Positions 24,696 through 37,450 of a stretch of DNA of 64,000 nt are shown here, piece after piece. The notes beneath the pieces are model-generated. The model did no database searches. It was not told the origin of the DNA and saw nothing but the letters and a program-made list of their open reading frames with translations. The translations under genes were made by a program, and so were the position numbers. Every line of letters begins with the position of its first letter. Position 1 is the first letter of the stretch. This DNA comes from Mobula hypostoma (taxonomy: Eukaryota). The stretch lies in contig NC_086097.1 in assembly GCF_963921235.1 (NCBI RefSeq), positions 114,888,001 to 114,952,000 on the forward strand, in the 5' to 3' direction.

Positions 24696-24781
24696 ACAAG
24701 AAGTTGTCACTGCACCACGGGAGTTTGAGCAGACGACAAGGAAAGTTTTTGGTTTTGAGAAAAGGTCTGACGATCCTAAGG

Positions 24782-26431
24782 ATGGGGTTGTGGATAGTAG
24801 TACTCCTTCAGACAGTGAGGATGACTTGGGAGCGACCAGTTTTGCCCCTTGGGATGATACACCCACAAACCCCTGTATAGGCTTAGAAACCATTAATTTG
24901 GCCGATACAGCATGGGAATTTTAGGACTCCGCAAACCTTAAAAGAAAGGAGTAAGTGGAGCGCAACAGTTACCTCTTTGCCGTGGCAACAGACACGTACT
25001 AGCCGGTGGTACCAATGGGCACAATGCACAGCAGGAATGATGGAGAGACAGAATTGTTATCTGTGCTCCAGGGCGAAGCCCGTGTAACATGCAGCCCCCA
25101 TGCCTTATAACTCCTCCACCCGCACACAATGGCAAAAGGAGCGGAGGGGGCAGTGTGCGCGGCAGTGTCTGAGTGTAGTCAAGACTTGCAGCAAGGGAAT
25201 TTGTAGCGGGATGGATCCTTGTTATCAGAAATGTGCTGATAACACCCCATATTGCCCTTATTGGTGTGTGCTATCCCAAGCCTCCTCGCAATTCGATCGA
25301 AATGTGCTCGCCCATAAATGCAATTGTAGCAGACCTTAGTAAAAGAAGTCAGACCCCCACAGTGGGAAAATTGATAATGCAGGATCATTTGAATTATGAA
25401 TGCTTTACACGAGCAGGTGCTTTCTCGGTTGGCCATTTTAGGGGTAACTGCATACAGACTTGGGATGTAACCCCAGGCCGAAGATACATAGTGGGTACCC
25501 CTCCACCCAAAGGTGCGTTGGATGTCCAGAACATTCCATTAACGGACACCTGGTGGCTGTGTGGACAGGAGGAAGGCCTGAGATCCACGCTTCCCCTTAG
25601 TTGGGCAGGTACATGTATACGGGTTATACTGATTCAAGAAGTTGTAGTATCCCCTGAAGTACAATTTGACGGTCCAAAGCAGCAGACACTGCGGCGGAAG
25701 AGGCGAAAATATGAACCTGACCCAACAATCCGAATCGATAGTATAGAACAGCCCAGAGGTATACCTAACGAGTTTAAGGCAAGAAACGAGATTGCTGCTG
25801 GCTGGGAAGCGATTATACCTGTAATAGGGGTTAGCAAAAGCATTGAGTAGATAAATTATATATATTATATAATCAACAGAGATTCATTAACTACACCGAT
25901 GATGCGCTGGAGGCACTAGGACAACAACTGGATGCAACTAGTAGAGTGGCGTGGCAGAATAGACAGGTGTTAGACTGGCTGCTGGCAGAAAAAGGAGGAG
26001 TTTGTGTAATATTTGGAGAACAGTTCTGTACTTTTATACCAAATAACACGAGTCCGGAGGGATCATTTACCAGAGCAATGAACAAATTGAAAAGTCTGAG
26101 AAGAGAAGTTAGACAGAATGCAGGGCTCGGACATCAGCTATTTGAGTGGTTAGATAGTAAACTAGGGGGATGGGGAGCATGGCTAACCAAGAAAACGATA
26201 ACTGTAGGTATTGTATTGGTAAGCTGTGTGACTGTTTTGTGCTGTTTTCTTCCGTGTCTCAAGTCTCTTATCGTGCAGGCCGCAACAAAATGCTTTCCGA
26301 TGCTCCTGGAAATTGCTGAATCAAGCCCAGTGGAAAGAGGAACACTGATGATGTATTGTTACAGCCTATACGACATGCAAGATGTACAGGAGGGAAATGA
26401 TAATGTGGCAGTAGACTGTAAAGGCTCCTGA
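24782..26431 (+). pseudogene. env: ERV env (SU-TM), disrupted
   Basis: Signal-like MGLWIVVLL at 24782 (start inferred); furin site RRKRR (25692-25706); ISD-like WQNRQVLDWLLAEKGGVC; degraded CX6CC; hydrophobic TM anchor. Confidence 0.85.
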
Positions 26432-26627
26432 GTCTTTTTTCCTGGCTCAGACACGAAGAGACAGGTTTTTGGCTTAGTGGCCGAGGAAGGTAGGGAGAGA
26501 ACACTTTGAGTTCTAAGCACAAGAAATTACAGTTTGATCCAGATTTGGGAGTAAATACTAGAGTTTATTTGAGCTTTTGTGCGTGGACTCGTAGTTTCCT
26601 CTCTCTGTGTGAGACCCTGTGGATCTC

Positions 26628-26637
26628 AAAGGGTGGA
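26628..26637 (+). promoter_or_regulatory. Polypurine tract
   Basis: AAAGGGTGGA just before the 3' LTR. Confidence 0.7.
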
Positions 26638-26640
26638 TTA

Positions 26641-27119
26641 TATTGGAAAATATTGTAACACTATAGTGAAATCACTGACTGTTTTCTAGGTATTTACTCA
26701 AGTGTTTACTCAAGTATTCATTATGCTTTTATTGCACATCAGGTGTTTATTTAGGCGTTTACTATGCCTTTACTACACATTAAGTGTCTGTTATTGAGTG
26801 CGTAGGGGATTTCTACGGTATTTTACTATGTAACCATTGATTTACTAGCTAGAATGAAACCTGTGTACTTTTGACCCCTTGAGAAAGAAGAATGTAACCA
26901 AGTAGAGAGATAAGGGGGGTTGATTTATTAGCTAGAGTGAAACATACAGTGGTATGCTAATGTAATTAAGCCAGAAGGGGGGGCTATAAAGAATGCTGTG
27001 TCAAAAAGATCGGCAGGCATTCAATGGCTAGCTCACTGACTGTCTCAGCTTTAATTTGCAAATTAAAGTTTAAAAACTTCTTGGAGAATCTTCGGCATCT
27101 CCTTGTCATTTGTAAAACA
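26641..27119 (+). repeat. ERV 3' LTR
   Basis: Direct repeat of 14133-14610; hand count about 23 substitutions and 2 indels. Confidence 0.95.
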
Positions 27120-28255
27120 ACATCAGCAGAGGGAAAGATATTGGAAGCAAAGGGACTGGAGTATTTGGATAGACATGGACTGATTTGGGATCATCAACAT
27201 GGTTTTGTGCATGGTAGGTCATGTCTAACCAAACTTATAGAGCTTTTTTGAGGAAGAAACCAGGAAGGTTGATGAAGACAAGGCAGTGGATGTTGCTGAC
27301 CTGAATTTCAACAAGACATTTGACAAGATCCTGCATGGGAGTTTGCTCAAGAAGATTCAATCACTTGGTATTCAAGATGAGAAAGTAAATTGGATTAGAT
27401 ACTGGCTTTGTGGGAGAAGCTAGAGAGTGGTTGTAGATGGTTGCCTCTCTTGAGTGGAGGACTGTGTCTAGTGCTGTGTTGTAGGGATCTGTCCTGGGTC
27501 CGTTGTTGCTTGTCATCTCTATCAACAATCTGGATGATAATGTTGTAAAGAGGATCAGCAAATTTGCAGAAGACACCAAGATTGAAGGTGTAGCGGACAG
27601 CGAGAAAGCTTGCTGTGGGATCTGGACCAACTGGAAAAATTGGCTGAAAAATGTTGTGGAATTTAATTCAGACTAGTGTGAGATGTTGCACTTTTGGAAG
27701 ACCAACCAGAGTAGGTCTTACATGGTGAGCGGTAGGGCACTGAGAAGTGTGGTAGAACAGAAGAATCTAAGAATACAGATCCATAATTCCATGAAAGTGG
27801 CATCACTGGTAGATATTGTTGTAAAGAAAGCTTTTTGCATATTGGCCTTCATAAGTCAAAGAACTGAGTACAAGAGCTGGGATTTGTTGAGGTAGTATAA
27901 GTCATTGGTGAGGCCTAAGTTGCAGTATTGTGTGCAGGAAACAGGAAACCTACAGGAAAAATATCAGTAAGATTGAAAGAGTGCAGAGAAAATTTCCAAG
28001 GATGTTGCTTTAAGGGGATATCGGGGGAACCTTTTCACTTGGAGGATAGTGAGAGTATGAAATGAGCTGCCAGTGCAAGCGGTGGATGTGGGTTCGATTT
28101 CAACATTTAAAAGAGATTTAGATTGGTACATGGATGAGAAGGGTGTGAAGGGCATTGGGTTGCATGCAGATCGGTAGCACTATGTAGATTAATGGTTCAG
28201 CACAGATTAGATGGGCTGAAGGGCCTGTTTCGGTGCTGTAGTGTTCTATGACTCC
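27120..28255 (+). mobile_element. 3' continuation of the old CR1 split by the ERV
   Basis: QHGFVHGRSCLTKLIE, KFAEDTKI and a CR1-type 3' UTR. Confidence 0.85.
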
Positions 28256-28378
28256 ATGACTTGATAACACGTCGAACCTTGAAGAGGACAGGCTACAGCA
28301 GCAGAAGACCACAAACATACACTTAGTTACTTCTTTATTAGGTACAGGTGGTACCTGTTAAAGTGGCTACTGGGTGTA
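28256..28378. mobile_element. Tc1 terminal fragment
   Basis: Reverse-complement similarity to the 7586-7656 and 10295-10330 segments. Confidence 0.55.
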
Positions 28379-28699
28379 CATTATACGACAGAAGTAATAG
28401 AATAGTGAGTTCTTTGTCCTATAGGCAGTCCTCTAACCGCTGGATCCCCTGCATTATGCTTCTTCAAGTCATTGCTGAAATTCTATTAGACATTCCATAA
28501 TGGTGATGGTAATTAAAGTCATTCTTGCTGTAAAAGCTTGATGATGTTGTGATCTGTATTCAGCACAAGTGCAAAGAACAATTAATGATGTAAAACGTTA
28601 CTTGCAATGATTATAGCAAAGGGCAAATAAACGTCCTTGGACCATTACCAGCAGTAACTAACTCAATTATCATTCAGTTAACATTCAAGATAAGTAGAA

Positions 28700-28890
28700 G
28701 CACAAGAGATTCTGCAGATGCTGGAAATCCAGAGCAACATGCACCAAGTTCTGGAGGAACTCAGCAGGTCAGGCAGCACTTATGGAAATAACTTCCTGAG
28801 GAAGGGTCTTTGCCTACAATGTCTTCTGCTCATTCATTTACATAGATGGTGCCTGACTGCTGAGTTCCTCCAGCATTTTTTGCATGTTAT
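28700..28890. mobile_element. Inverted pair of Penelope 3'-terminal fragments
   Basis: CTGGAGGAACTCAGCAG...CTGCTGAGTTCCTCCAG, with a degenerate hammerhead core between the arms. Confidence 0.65.
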
Positions 28891-29109
28891 TCAAGATAAC
28901 TAGTAGGGACAGATTTGTTTATACCTTCTGTGAATACGTAATTTTACCATGATCAATTAACTAATAATCAGAGTGAATAAAGCTTTAATATTGGAATACC
29001 GTATTGGCAGGAAATGACAAAATGGTGTCTCAAATAGGCTATATAGGAGTGTTTAATAAGATTGGAGAGTTGTTCGTGTCCTACATGAAGAGGATGCCAA
29101 TATTCTTCA

Positions 29110-29382
29110 TGACCTCCTGCTCTCCCCACCCCACACAGGATCATGTGAAGCCATGGGAGCAGGAGCTGGATGGTGGTACGAGAAGCTGAGCATATCACAA
29201 GTCTTGGTTATGCGACCACTGATGCCAGGCAGACAATCTCTGAAGATTTTTGATAATAGCATGTAAAGACACTGCCCAGAAGAAGACAATAGCAAACTAT
29301 GTTGTAGAAAACTTTGCCAAGAACAATTAAGGTCATGGATCGTGATCGCCCATGTCTTTCGACATGGCAAATAATAATGATA
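29110..29382 (+). mobile_element. Probable SINE/RTE-type retroposon remnant
   Basis: GC-richer island ending in a short TAATAATGAT tail; family from recall only. Confidence 0.35.
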
Positions 29383-30968
29383 AAGAATATTCTTCAGACG
29401 GTAGTTTTGTTAAGAATGCACTGACATTTGATGCTGCAGGGTAAAAATGGAAGAAAACAATTTTAATCAGAGAACTCAGCATTGAATCATTTCATGCATT
29501 CACTAACTTAGTAGTCCACAGAAGACTAAAGAAGAGGTTGTACTGAGTTAGAGGAAAGCATTTGGCGTAGAGCAATACATTTAGCATACAAATGCTGAAA
29601 ATAAGAGAACTGATGAATGCTGAAAGACTGATGAAGGTATTATAATTTTGGAATGTCTTTAAATTATGCACTGTGAGAGGTGTTTATCTGTGCTATTTTT
29701 ATTTGGTTTGCAGGATTGTGTCTTTCATAGGGGAAGTAACAAATAACTCAATGATTTCATTTCATTGTAAGCTGCAAATGTAATTCTTCAATCAATGGAC
29801 ATATTCCTAAAGCATTTGGCTGGAAACTGTGAACATTTGACCTCATTAGGTACTTAACAATTTTGCAGATTTACCATCAGTTATTTTACATCTAGTGTTT
29901 TTTTTTCAAAGATATTAGACGGCACACATGCTGGAAGTAAGGACAAAGAGTGAAAATCTAAACATGCATCAATAGTTAAAAGGAAGCATTGTGTCTTTTT
30001 CTGAGAACACGTGGATGAGATGTGTTCTCAGAAGCCACAACAAAGAAATCTGTGCAGTACAGAAAATGTAAAATTTGACCTACAGTATATAACATCTATG
30101 CCAGAAATGACTATTTTGAGATAACAAGAATTTAAGATCACATTTATGATCTTAGAGAATAGAGCAAGCCATTAGAGATACAAAATATTGGAATTACAGG
30201 TTGTTTAATTCCGATTTAATCTCTTCAGAGAGGATGGAGAGGCAATTTACCAGGATGCTGCCTGAAGTAGAAAGCTAGTGTTTTCCTTTTTGGTGTGAAA
30301 GAAGATGAAAGGTGACTTGATGGATGTGTACAAGGTTATAAGAGGCATAGATGAGTGGGAAGCCAGTGACATTTTCTCAGCGTAGAGCGATTATGATCTC
30401 TTCATGTCAATGAATGACTACATCGATTGAAAGCTTTTGGCAGAAAATTCATAAACTAGCAGTTTCTAGAACACATTCTATAAAATTGAGATAGGCCTTA
30501 TATTCACAAAGGTTCCGCCTCCATTGCATGAATTGTGATGGGATGGGCTTGGAATGTCCCTACTGAAAGTGGACAAATTCAAGATCAAGCTTTTTATCAC
30601 ATTAGCATCAAAGCATTCAGCGAAATGTGTCATTTATAATGCAAGGGTGTGCTGGGGAAGCCCGTAAGTGTTGCCACACATTTTGGCGCCAACAGTACTA
30701 AATTCCAGGATTTCCAGCTTCACATCCTCTCTATGTGCACCTTAAGCAAATCAAGTATTTTGCACAAGTCCAGCAATAGTCCATTTTGTTTTAGTCTTAA
30801 GCACTGGATTTCTTTAAACCAAAAGTCTATTATATTATTGAAAGGCAGAGCAGACTGAAGAGGTTAGCTGGCCTCCTGCTGATTGTAATATTCTTAGTAA
30901 ATTAAGCTTATTTTTCTTTTGTCCTTTGAAGTCTTAACTGTGTCTCTTTGCTTTTGGAAATTATAATT

Positions 30969-31830
30969 CAAAGGATTCAAAGTATTTATGCAGTACACAA
31001 CCCTGTGATTTATCTTCTCCAGACAACCACGAAACAAAGAAAACCATGGAACCTATTCACTGAAAAACATCAAATCCACCCCCATGTGTAAAAAACAAAT
31101 CATGCAAACAGCGACAAGATAGAGTGAGCAAAAACAATACAGAATATAAATGAGTCCATATACTGTTTAGCTCAGCATTCTGCAGGACAACATGATTCAA
31201 AGTCTCCCCAAAAGAGCAACAGAAAAAGGAGTGACCAAAAACACATCATAATGTGAACGACAGTCCAATTCACAAACTGCAAACCCAGAACTTCCACACC
31301 ATTCTTTGACAGCATTGAGGGAGAGAGGGAGAGAGGGGGAGAGGGAGAGAGGGGGAAGAGAGGGAGGGGGGGAGAGAGAGAGCATTCAAATGTAGGGACT
31401 TACCTTCGGGAGTTGTGAGTGAGAGGGTGTGCAACACCGTCACATGCAGACACCTAGACAAGTTCCTCTGGCAGCAGCGAGTGAGAGGCTGGTAGACAAA
31501 GCTGAACATTCACTCCCCTCGATGTTTTCAATCTTCCTCAATGCTTCACTGGGTGAGAAACAGAGCCAACCATGGGCTTGCATCCAGTCTCTAAACTTCT
31601 TGGCCTCAAGGAGGCTGCTCACCTCCCAGAACTCTCTTGGAGACCATAAAGCACCAGTTTGCTCAATCAGCCTGAAAACACACCATCAAACCATAGACAC
31701 AGACTTCAATGGTACCAGAGCTACATTTAAAAGAAAGTGATGACTTAAAATAAGTGAAAGAAACAGTTTTGTGAACTGTCTGGAGGATGTTGCCTGTGGT
31801 AGCATTGTTCGCTGGTGCCATCTTCTTCCA
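30969..31830 (-). mobile_element. Non-coding retroposon-like element with an internal (GA) tract (31317-31382)
   Basis: Minus-strand 5' end GGAAGAAGATGGCACC resembles the start of the 3220 element; AATAC/TTTGAA-type 3' end. Confidence 0.4.
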
Positions 31831-31859
31831 GTCCTCAAAACGTTAAAGAAAATCTGGAA

Positions 31860-33810
31860 TTAAGGCAGGAGTGTTCAACTCTTACTGCTGCAAACTCTTA
31901 CTACTGCAGTCAAAGGTTCCCACCTGCTTTAAAAGGGCGACAATCATAGCAGCGCCCAAGAAAAGCCTCAACAACTATCACCCAGTAGCACTCCATCTAC
32001 TGTGATCAAGTGCTTTGAGTAGTTGGTCATGGCTAGAATCAGCTCCTGCTGGGACAAGCAAGGACCTGAACAAGCTGCAATTTACCTATTGCCACAATAG
32101 GTCTACAACGGATGCAACCTCACCGGCTCTCCACTTGGCTTTGGATCACCTAGATCACCTAAAAAATAGCAATACAGGTGTCCCCTGCTTTTCGAACGTT
32201 CGCTTTATGAAACCTCACTGTTACGAAAGACCTACATTAGTACCCTATTTTCGCTTTCAGAAGATGTTTTCACTGTTATGAAAAAAAATTCAGCGTACGA
32301 AAAAATCAGCGCGCAATAAAAGGCAGAGCGCACCCTGAGCAGCCGCTCCCCCCCGGATTTGGAACGGCATTCTCACTGGCATTGCTGAAACACGCGCCTG
32401 TGAGCAGCCGTTTGCAAGATGAGTTCTAAGGTATCGGAAAAGCCTGAAAGAGCTCGTAAGGGTGTTACACTTATGGTAAAACTAGACATAATTAAGCGTT
32501 TTGATCATGGTGAACGAAGTAAGGACAACGTGAGTTTGGCTTATGGAAGCTGACGAACATGATGTTGAAGAGGTTTTGGCATCCCATCACCAAGAACTGA
32601 CAGATGAAGAGCTGATGCAATTGGAAGAAAAAAAGATAACAATCGAAACTGAATGAGTAATGATAAAGTATGACTTTAATTTTGAAAGGGTACGTCGGTT
32701 TAGGAGATATTTGCAGGATGGTTTGAGTCCTTATTAAAGAACTGTGTGATAGAAAAATGCGCAAGGCTCAGCAGTCAAGCAAGCTTCCACATCAGCCAAA
32801 GCAGACGACGAACCTCGACCTTCGACATCGAGGCGGGCAGTCATAGGAGAAGATGAGCTGCTTGCTCTAATGGAAAGAGACGACGAGATGACACCCCAGT
32901 GTCCCACCACCCCAACCCCCAGGCCACGGACAGATACCGATTCGCGGAAAATGCAAAGGTAGGCCGGGAGGCACACAGCACATCTTTAAGAAAAAAGCCG
33001 ACATAAACATGCTAATTAATTAGGTGCCGCCGACACGTAGTTGTCAGCCCAGATCAGAGACGATGCAATCGGAAATCGGCACTGATCTGGGCCGACAATT
33101 GCGTGTCTGGTGGCACCTAATTAATTAGCTTGTTTATTTCGGCTTTTTTTTTAAAGACGTGCTGTGTGCCTCCCAGCTACCGCTGGACCCCTGTGTGCTT
33201 CGCGGCAATGTATTGCTCGGCGGCCTGGAGGGTGGGGGGCCACTGCACCACCCAAACTCCGACTCAGCCTAACACACCATTATCAGTGTGCTCGGTTCTG
33301 TCCCAATTCCGGTAAGAAATACTACACTGTACATACATTATTTCTACTTTATATAGGCTGTGTATTTTTACGTGTTATTTGGTATGATTTGGCAGCTTCA
33401 TAGCTTAAAGGTTACTGGAGAGAGTGTTCTTGCCAACAGCGCTTGCATGAGATTTTCTGCCGACGGTGCTTGCGTGAGATTTTCGCTGCGGTGAACAGTT
33501 CAGTAATGATTGTGGAAAAGTATTTCTACTTTATATAGGCTGTGTATTTATCATATCATTCCTGCTTTTCCTATATGTTACTGTTATTTTAGGTTTTATG
33601 TGTTATTTGGCATGATTTGGTAGGTTATTGTTGGGTCTGTGAACGCTCACAAAATTTTCCCATATAAATAAATGGTAATTGCTTCTTCGCTTTACAACAT
33701 TTCGGCTTACAAACCGTTTCATAGCAATGCTCTACCTTCGGATGGCGGGGGAAACCTGTACCTACGTCAGTCGACTGTTTATTGACTACAGCTCAGCGTT
33801 CAACAAAATC
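31860..33810 (+). mobile_element. Rex1/L2-like RT fragment hosting a Tigger
   Basis: VPTCFKRATII, NRSTTDA, LFIDYSSAFN remnants flank the Tigger. Confidence 0.7.
32175..33758 (+). mobile_element. Tigger/pogo DNA transposon, internally deleted
   Basis: TA TSD; TIRs CAGGTGTCCCCTGC / GCGGGGGAAACCTG; transposase ends MSSKVSEKPERARKGVTLMVKLDIIKRFDHGE and DVEEVLASHHQELTDEELMQLEE. Confidence 0.9.
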
Positions 33811-34229
33811 TCATACAGTCAACCTTGAAGTATAAACCATCTTACCTGACAGAGTAGAGAGGCTTGTGATTTGCCCAGTAATTCACCCTTCACAATATTT
33901 TAAGCACATTCTTCTGTCCACATATACTGCTAATTGCTTCACCTTCCTGCACTTGCGACTTCTGTCTCCTTTGCAGCAAGTCTACCATGCTTAGTTGAAC
34001 TAAAACTGTCAACAAGTGGTGACTTTTAGATTTAATGGGGTTCTATCATCCATAAACCTGGACGCTTATCAATATGATTCTAATGCCCATAACTTGTATA
34101 ATGTATACCTGACCTCTCAAAATAATGCTAGTCTACTTACTGAGAGAGTTCTCCACCATAAGAAAGTCCTGTTTTCTTGGGGGGGTTGCATAGATTTGGC
34201 ATCTTACCTAATACTTTCACAATCTTCTA

Positions 34230-34690
34230 TAGACGCACAGTGGAGAGCATCCTGGAGAGTATCCTGACTGCATCACAGCCTGTGTGGAAACGCCAATGCC
34301 CAGAAATGGGAATGTCTACAAAAACTGTTGGATAGAGCCCAGTCCATCAGGGCAAAGCCCTCCCTGTCATTGAGTACATTTATGAGGAACACTGCCATAA
34401 GAAAGCAGCATCCATCATCAAGGCCATGCTCTCTTCTTGATGCTACCCTTGGGAAGGAGGCAGAGGAGCCTCAGTTCTCAGTATTATTTATGTACTTTTT
34501 TGCATGATTTGGCTTCTATTACACATCCATTGTTTGTCAGTCTTTGTTATTTACGTTTTTTTATTTGCAGATTTTCATAAATTCTATTTTATTTCTTATC
34601 TTCCTGTTAACACCTGCAAGAAAATGAATCTCAAGGTTGTATACAGTGATGTATATGTATTTTGATAATAAATTTACATAGAACTTTAGT
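34230..34690 (+). mobile_element. Degenerate Rex1/L2-like 3' tail
   Basis: VESILT-like remnant; 3' UTR ending GATAATAAATTTAC. Confidence 0.55.
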
Positions 34691-34980
34691 TATCTTTCAG
34701 GTTACAGAAGCAAGTATTCCTTGCTCTTGAGAGACTACTTATGAGAGAGGAGATTATAATTATCATATTCATTTGATCCAACTTACAGGAATGAAAAAAA
34801 TAGAATATAGACTTTTTGGTTCCTCATACTTATTGTAACATTGGATTAGATCATGGTTGACATGTGAATCAATTCATTTTCCATCCTTTGTTTCATACCC
34901 CTTAATAACCTGAACTAAAAACAAGTTATTAATCTCAGTATTCTAAACTTTCATTTTTCCAACCTCCTGTAATTTTATAG

Positions 34981-35575
34981 AAGTCAAGTCAAGTTTATTG
35001 TCATTCCGACCCTAAGCCGCTGGTACAGTGCACAGTAAAAACGAAACAATGTTCCTCCAGGTCCCTGGTGTTACATGAAACAACACAAAACTGCACTAGA
35101 CTTTGTGAGACAGCACAAGGCTACACTAGACTATGTAAAACAACATAAAAACTGCACTAGACTACAGACTTGCGCAGGACTACATAAAGTGCACAAAACA
35201 GTACAGGGCAGTACAGTAATTAATAAACAAGACAATAGGCACAGTAGAGGACAAATTACAATATAATAATAAATGACATAGATGTCAGTTTAGACTCTGA
35301 GCATTGAGGAGTCTGATGGCTTGGGGGAAGAAACAATTGCACCGTCTGCTCGTGACAGCCCGAATGCTTCGGCACCTTTTGCCAAATGGCAGGAGGGAGA
35401 AGAGTTTGTGTGAGGGGTGCCTGGGGTCCTTTGCAATACTGTTAGCTTTGCGGGTGCAGCGTGTGGTGCAAATGTCTGTAATAGCGGGAAGTGAGACTCT
35501 GATGATCTTCTCATCTGACCTCACTATCCGCTGCATGGTCTTGCGATCTGAGATGGTGCAATTCCCGACCCAGGC
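34981..35575 (-). mobile_element. Rex1-like LINE 3' fragment
   Basis: QRIVRSDEKII...DPRHPSHKLFSLLP...FFPQAIRLLN; (CTTGA)n tail; sister copy at 43163-43650. Confidence 0.8.
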
Positions 35576-36498
35576 AGGAATTTTCCAGGTTTTAATTTCT
35601 CTTTGTGCTAATTAAAACAGGATTTCAAATCAAGGACCTCCTGCTTCTTAATGTGCAGTGTTGAAACACTTGGGCATCCAATACTTACAAGTAGAGTGAA
35701 ATTTCCATATATTATGTTTTTCAGTTCGGCTTATTATACAGTTATGTAAGTTTTAATACCTTCATATTTTTATATATCCATGATTTGCTCATCATCTTGA
35801 AAGTGTTACTGGGAGGACTAAAGCATCTTCATCCTTGATGAAGATGGCAGAGTGTGTCATCGAAGCATTAGTTATAATCGATACCTGTACCCGGCTGGAG
35901 GTCTGAGAAGAGTTTATTTGATAAAGCATAAAAGTTTGTCAAATAACAACAAAAGTCAAGCACGTCTCAGCAACTAGTCCTAGAACTTCTTAGCACTCCA
36001 TAAATGTCAAGATTATTAATAAATATTTGCCATAATCTTCTAGTGCCAGGATCAAACTTCCTGTTTGAATTAGCTCCAAATGTCTTATATATACTTTCAT
36101 TGCCCATGAGTCCAGGATTGAGAACTAATACTCACATTCAGATAAATTAGAGAGAAAAAATACTCTATATTGGACTATTATACAGAAACATTCTTGGCAA
36201 TAAATGTGGAAATTAGTTCCAGTCTAGGTATCCAAAAGAGTGTGGATCAGAGAGTAATGGATAAAGCTCAAAATTGAGAAATTGTTTCAATCATCCCCAC
36301 CTAATACTTTTGAAATCAATGCTTATTTTAACAAATAATTTCAGCAATTTACCAGATCCAAAAGTCAAATGAACAGTGAACCATTATCCAATTTCATTTA
36401 AAAATCAATCTTCTGCTGGCCAATACTTACGTATTTCACACTTCTCAAACTATGCCATCAATTACCTGGTGGATTATATTTTATGACAGCCTTAGTGT

Positions 36499-37450
36499 TG
36501 TGACGAGAATACACATAAATTAAGATGTTTGCTGGCCTGGGCTAGCATCAGTGGCATCAGCAGTTGGTCTGCCACCTGTCCTCAGGGGAAGGAGAGATAA
36601 GGAACAATGAAGCAGCATCTGGAGATGTGTAATGAAGGGACGGGAGAGAGAGCTGTCTGGAGCGGCTCCCCCTTTGAACCCTGAACTGTTTGAAGTGACG
36701 GACAGGCGATCTGGAGATGTGTAATGAAGGGACGGGAGAGAGAGCTGTCTGGAGCGGCTCCCCCTTTGAACCCTGAACTGTTTGAAGTGATGGACAGGCG
36801 ATACCCCAGCAGGGGGATAAAAAGGGACAGGTTCGCTAAGGCAACACACACGACACCCGAGGTAACGAGACCCTGGAAGCGGTGCGCCTCTCACGAGTCG
36901 GTGGGAAGTATCGGACCTTAAACGCACAGGGTGGAAAGGTACGATCAGCGGGAACCCGGTGTGTGTCCACCCTCGCTTGGGTGCCGGGTTCACTGCAGAG
37001 GATCGACCGCATCTGGAGGAGGGGTCACAGTCGGTGATCTCAGGTGACATCACAAAGGACTCGCCCGAAAGCTGCTTGTGAGCAATATCGCCGGTCTGTG
37101 AGTGGAAACCGTTCTGAATGATCATTCGTTCTCGTTCTCTCTCTCCTTCCCCCCACGTTGTCCATCGCCATGGCAACGATTACTGTGAACTGAACTACTA
37201 AATTGGACTGAACTTTGTGTCACTTTGAAATTGGTCATTTATCCCTAGACAACGATAGAGCTTGATTGATGCTGTTATCTTAATTCTGTGCACATGTGTG
37301 TTTATCATTGCTGAACTGTTGCATTTATTATCCTTTTGATTACTGTGTTGCTTGTTTCTTTAATAAAACTTTCTTAGTTCTAGTAATCCAGACTCCAACT
37401 GAGTGATCCATTTCTGCTGGTTTGGCAACCCAGTTACGGGGTACGTAAGA
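36499..37450 (+). mobile_element. Solo LTR (Gypsy-like)
   Basis: TGTGACG...CGTAAGA ends; 4-bp TSD GTGT (36495-36498 / 37451-37454); AATAAA ~37362; shares GAACT repeats and end style with the 39826 LTR. Confidence 0.8.

Larger units (their letters stand above)
14133..27119 (+). mobile_element. Endogenous retrovirus provirus (class I, gamma/epsilon-like fish ERV), degenerate
   Basis: Two ~478-bp LTRs, PBS, PPT, gag-pro-pol-env in order; 4-bp TSD CCAT (14129-14132) / ACAT (27120-27123) inside CR1 codons. Confidence 0.95.

Noticed and set aside
25946..26431. Open env TM ORF as a possible domesticated syncytin-like gene
   Set aside because: SU is frameshifted, a stop and frameshift precede this ORF, and CX6CC is mutated
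35085..35170. Short repeated ACACTAGACT/CTGCACTAGACT units resembling a CRISPR-like array
   Set aside because: Degenerate tandem repeats in a Rex1 3' UTR (also in the 43163 copy); no unique spacers, no cas genes, eukaryotic context
36520..37176. 218-aa minus-strand ORF
   Set aside because: Lies within a GC-rich solo LTR and is lengthened by the 92-bp duplication; no protein motifs
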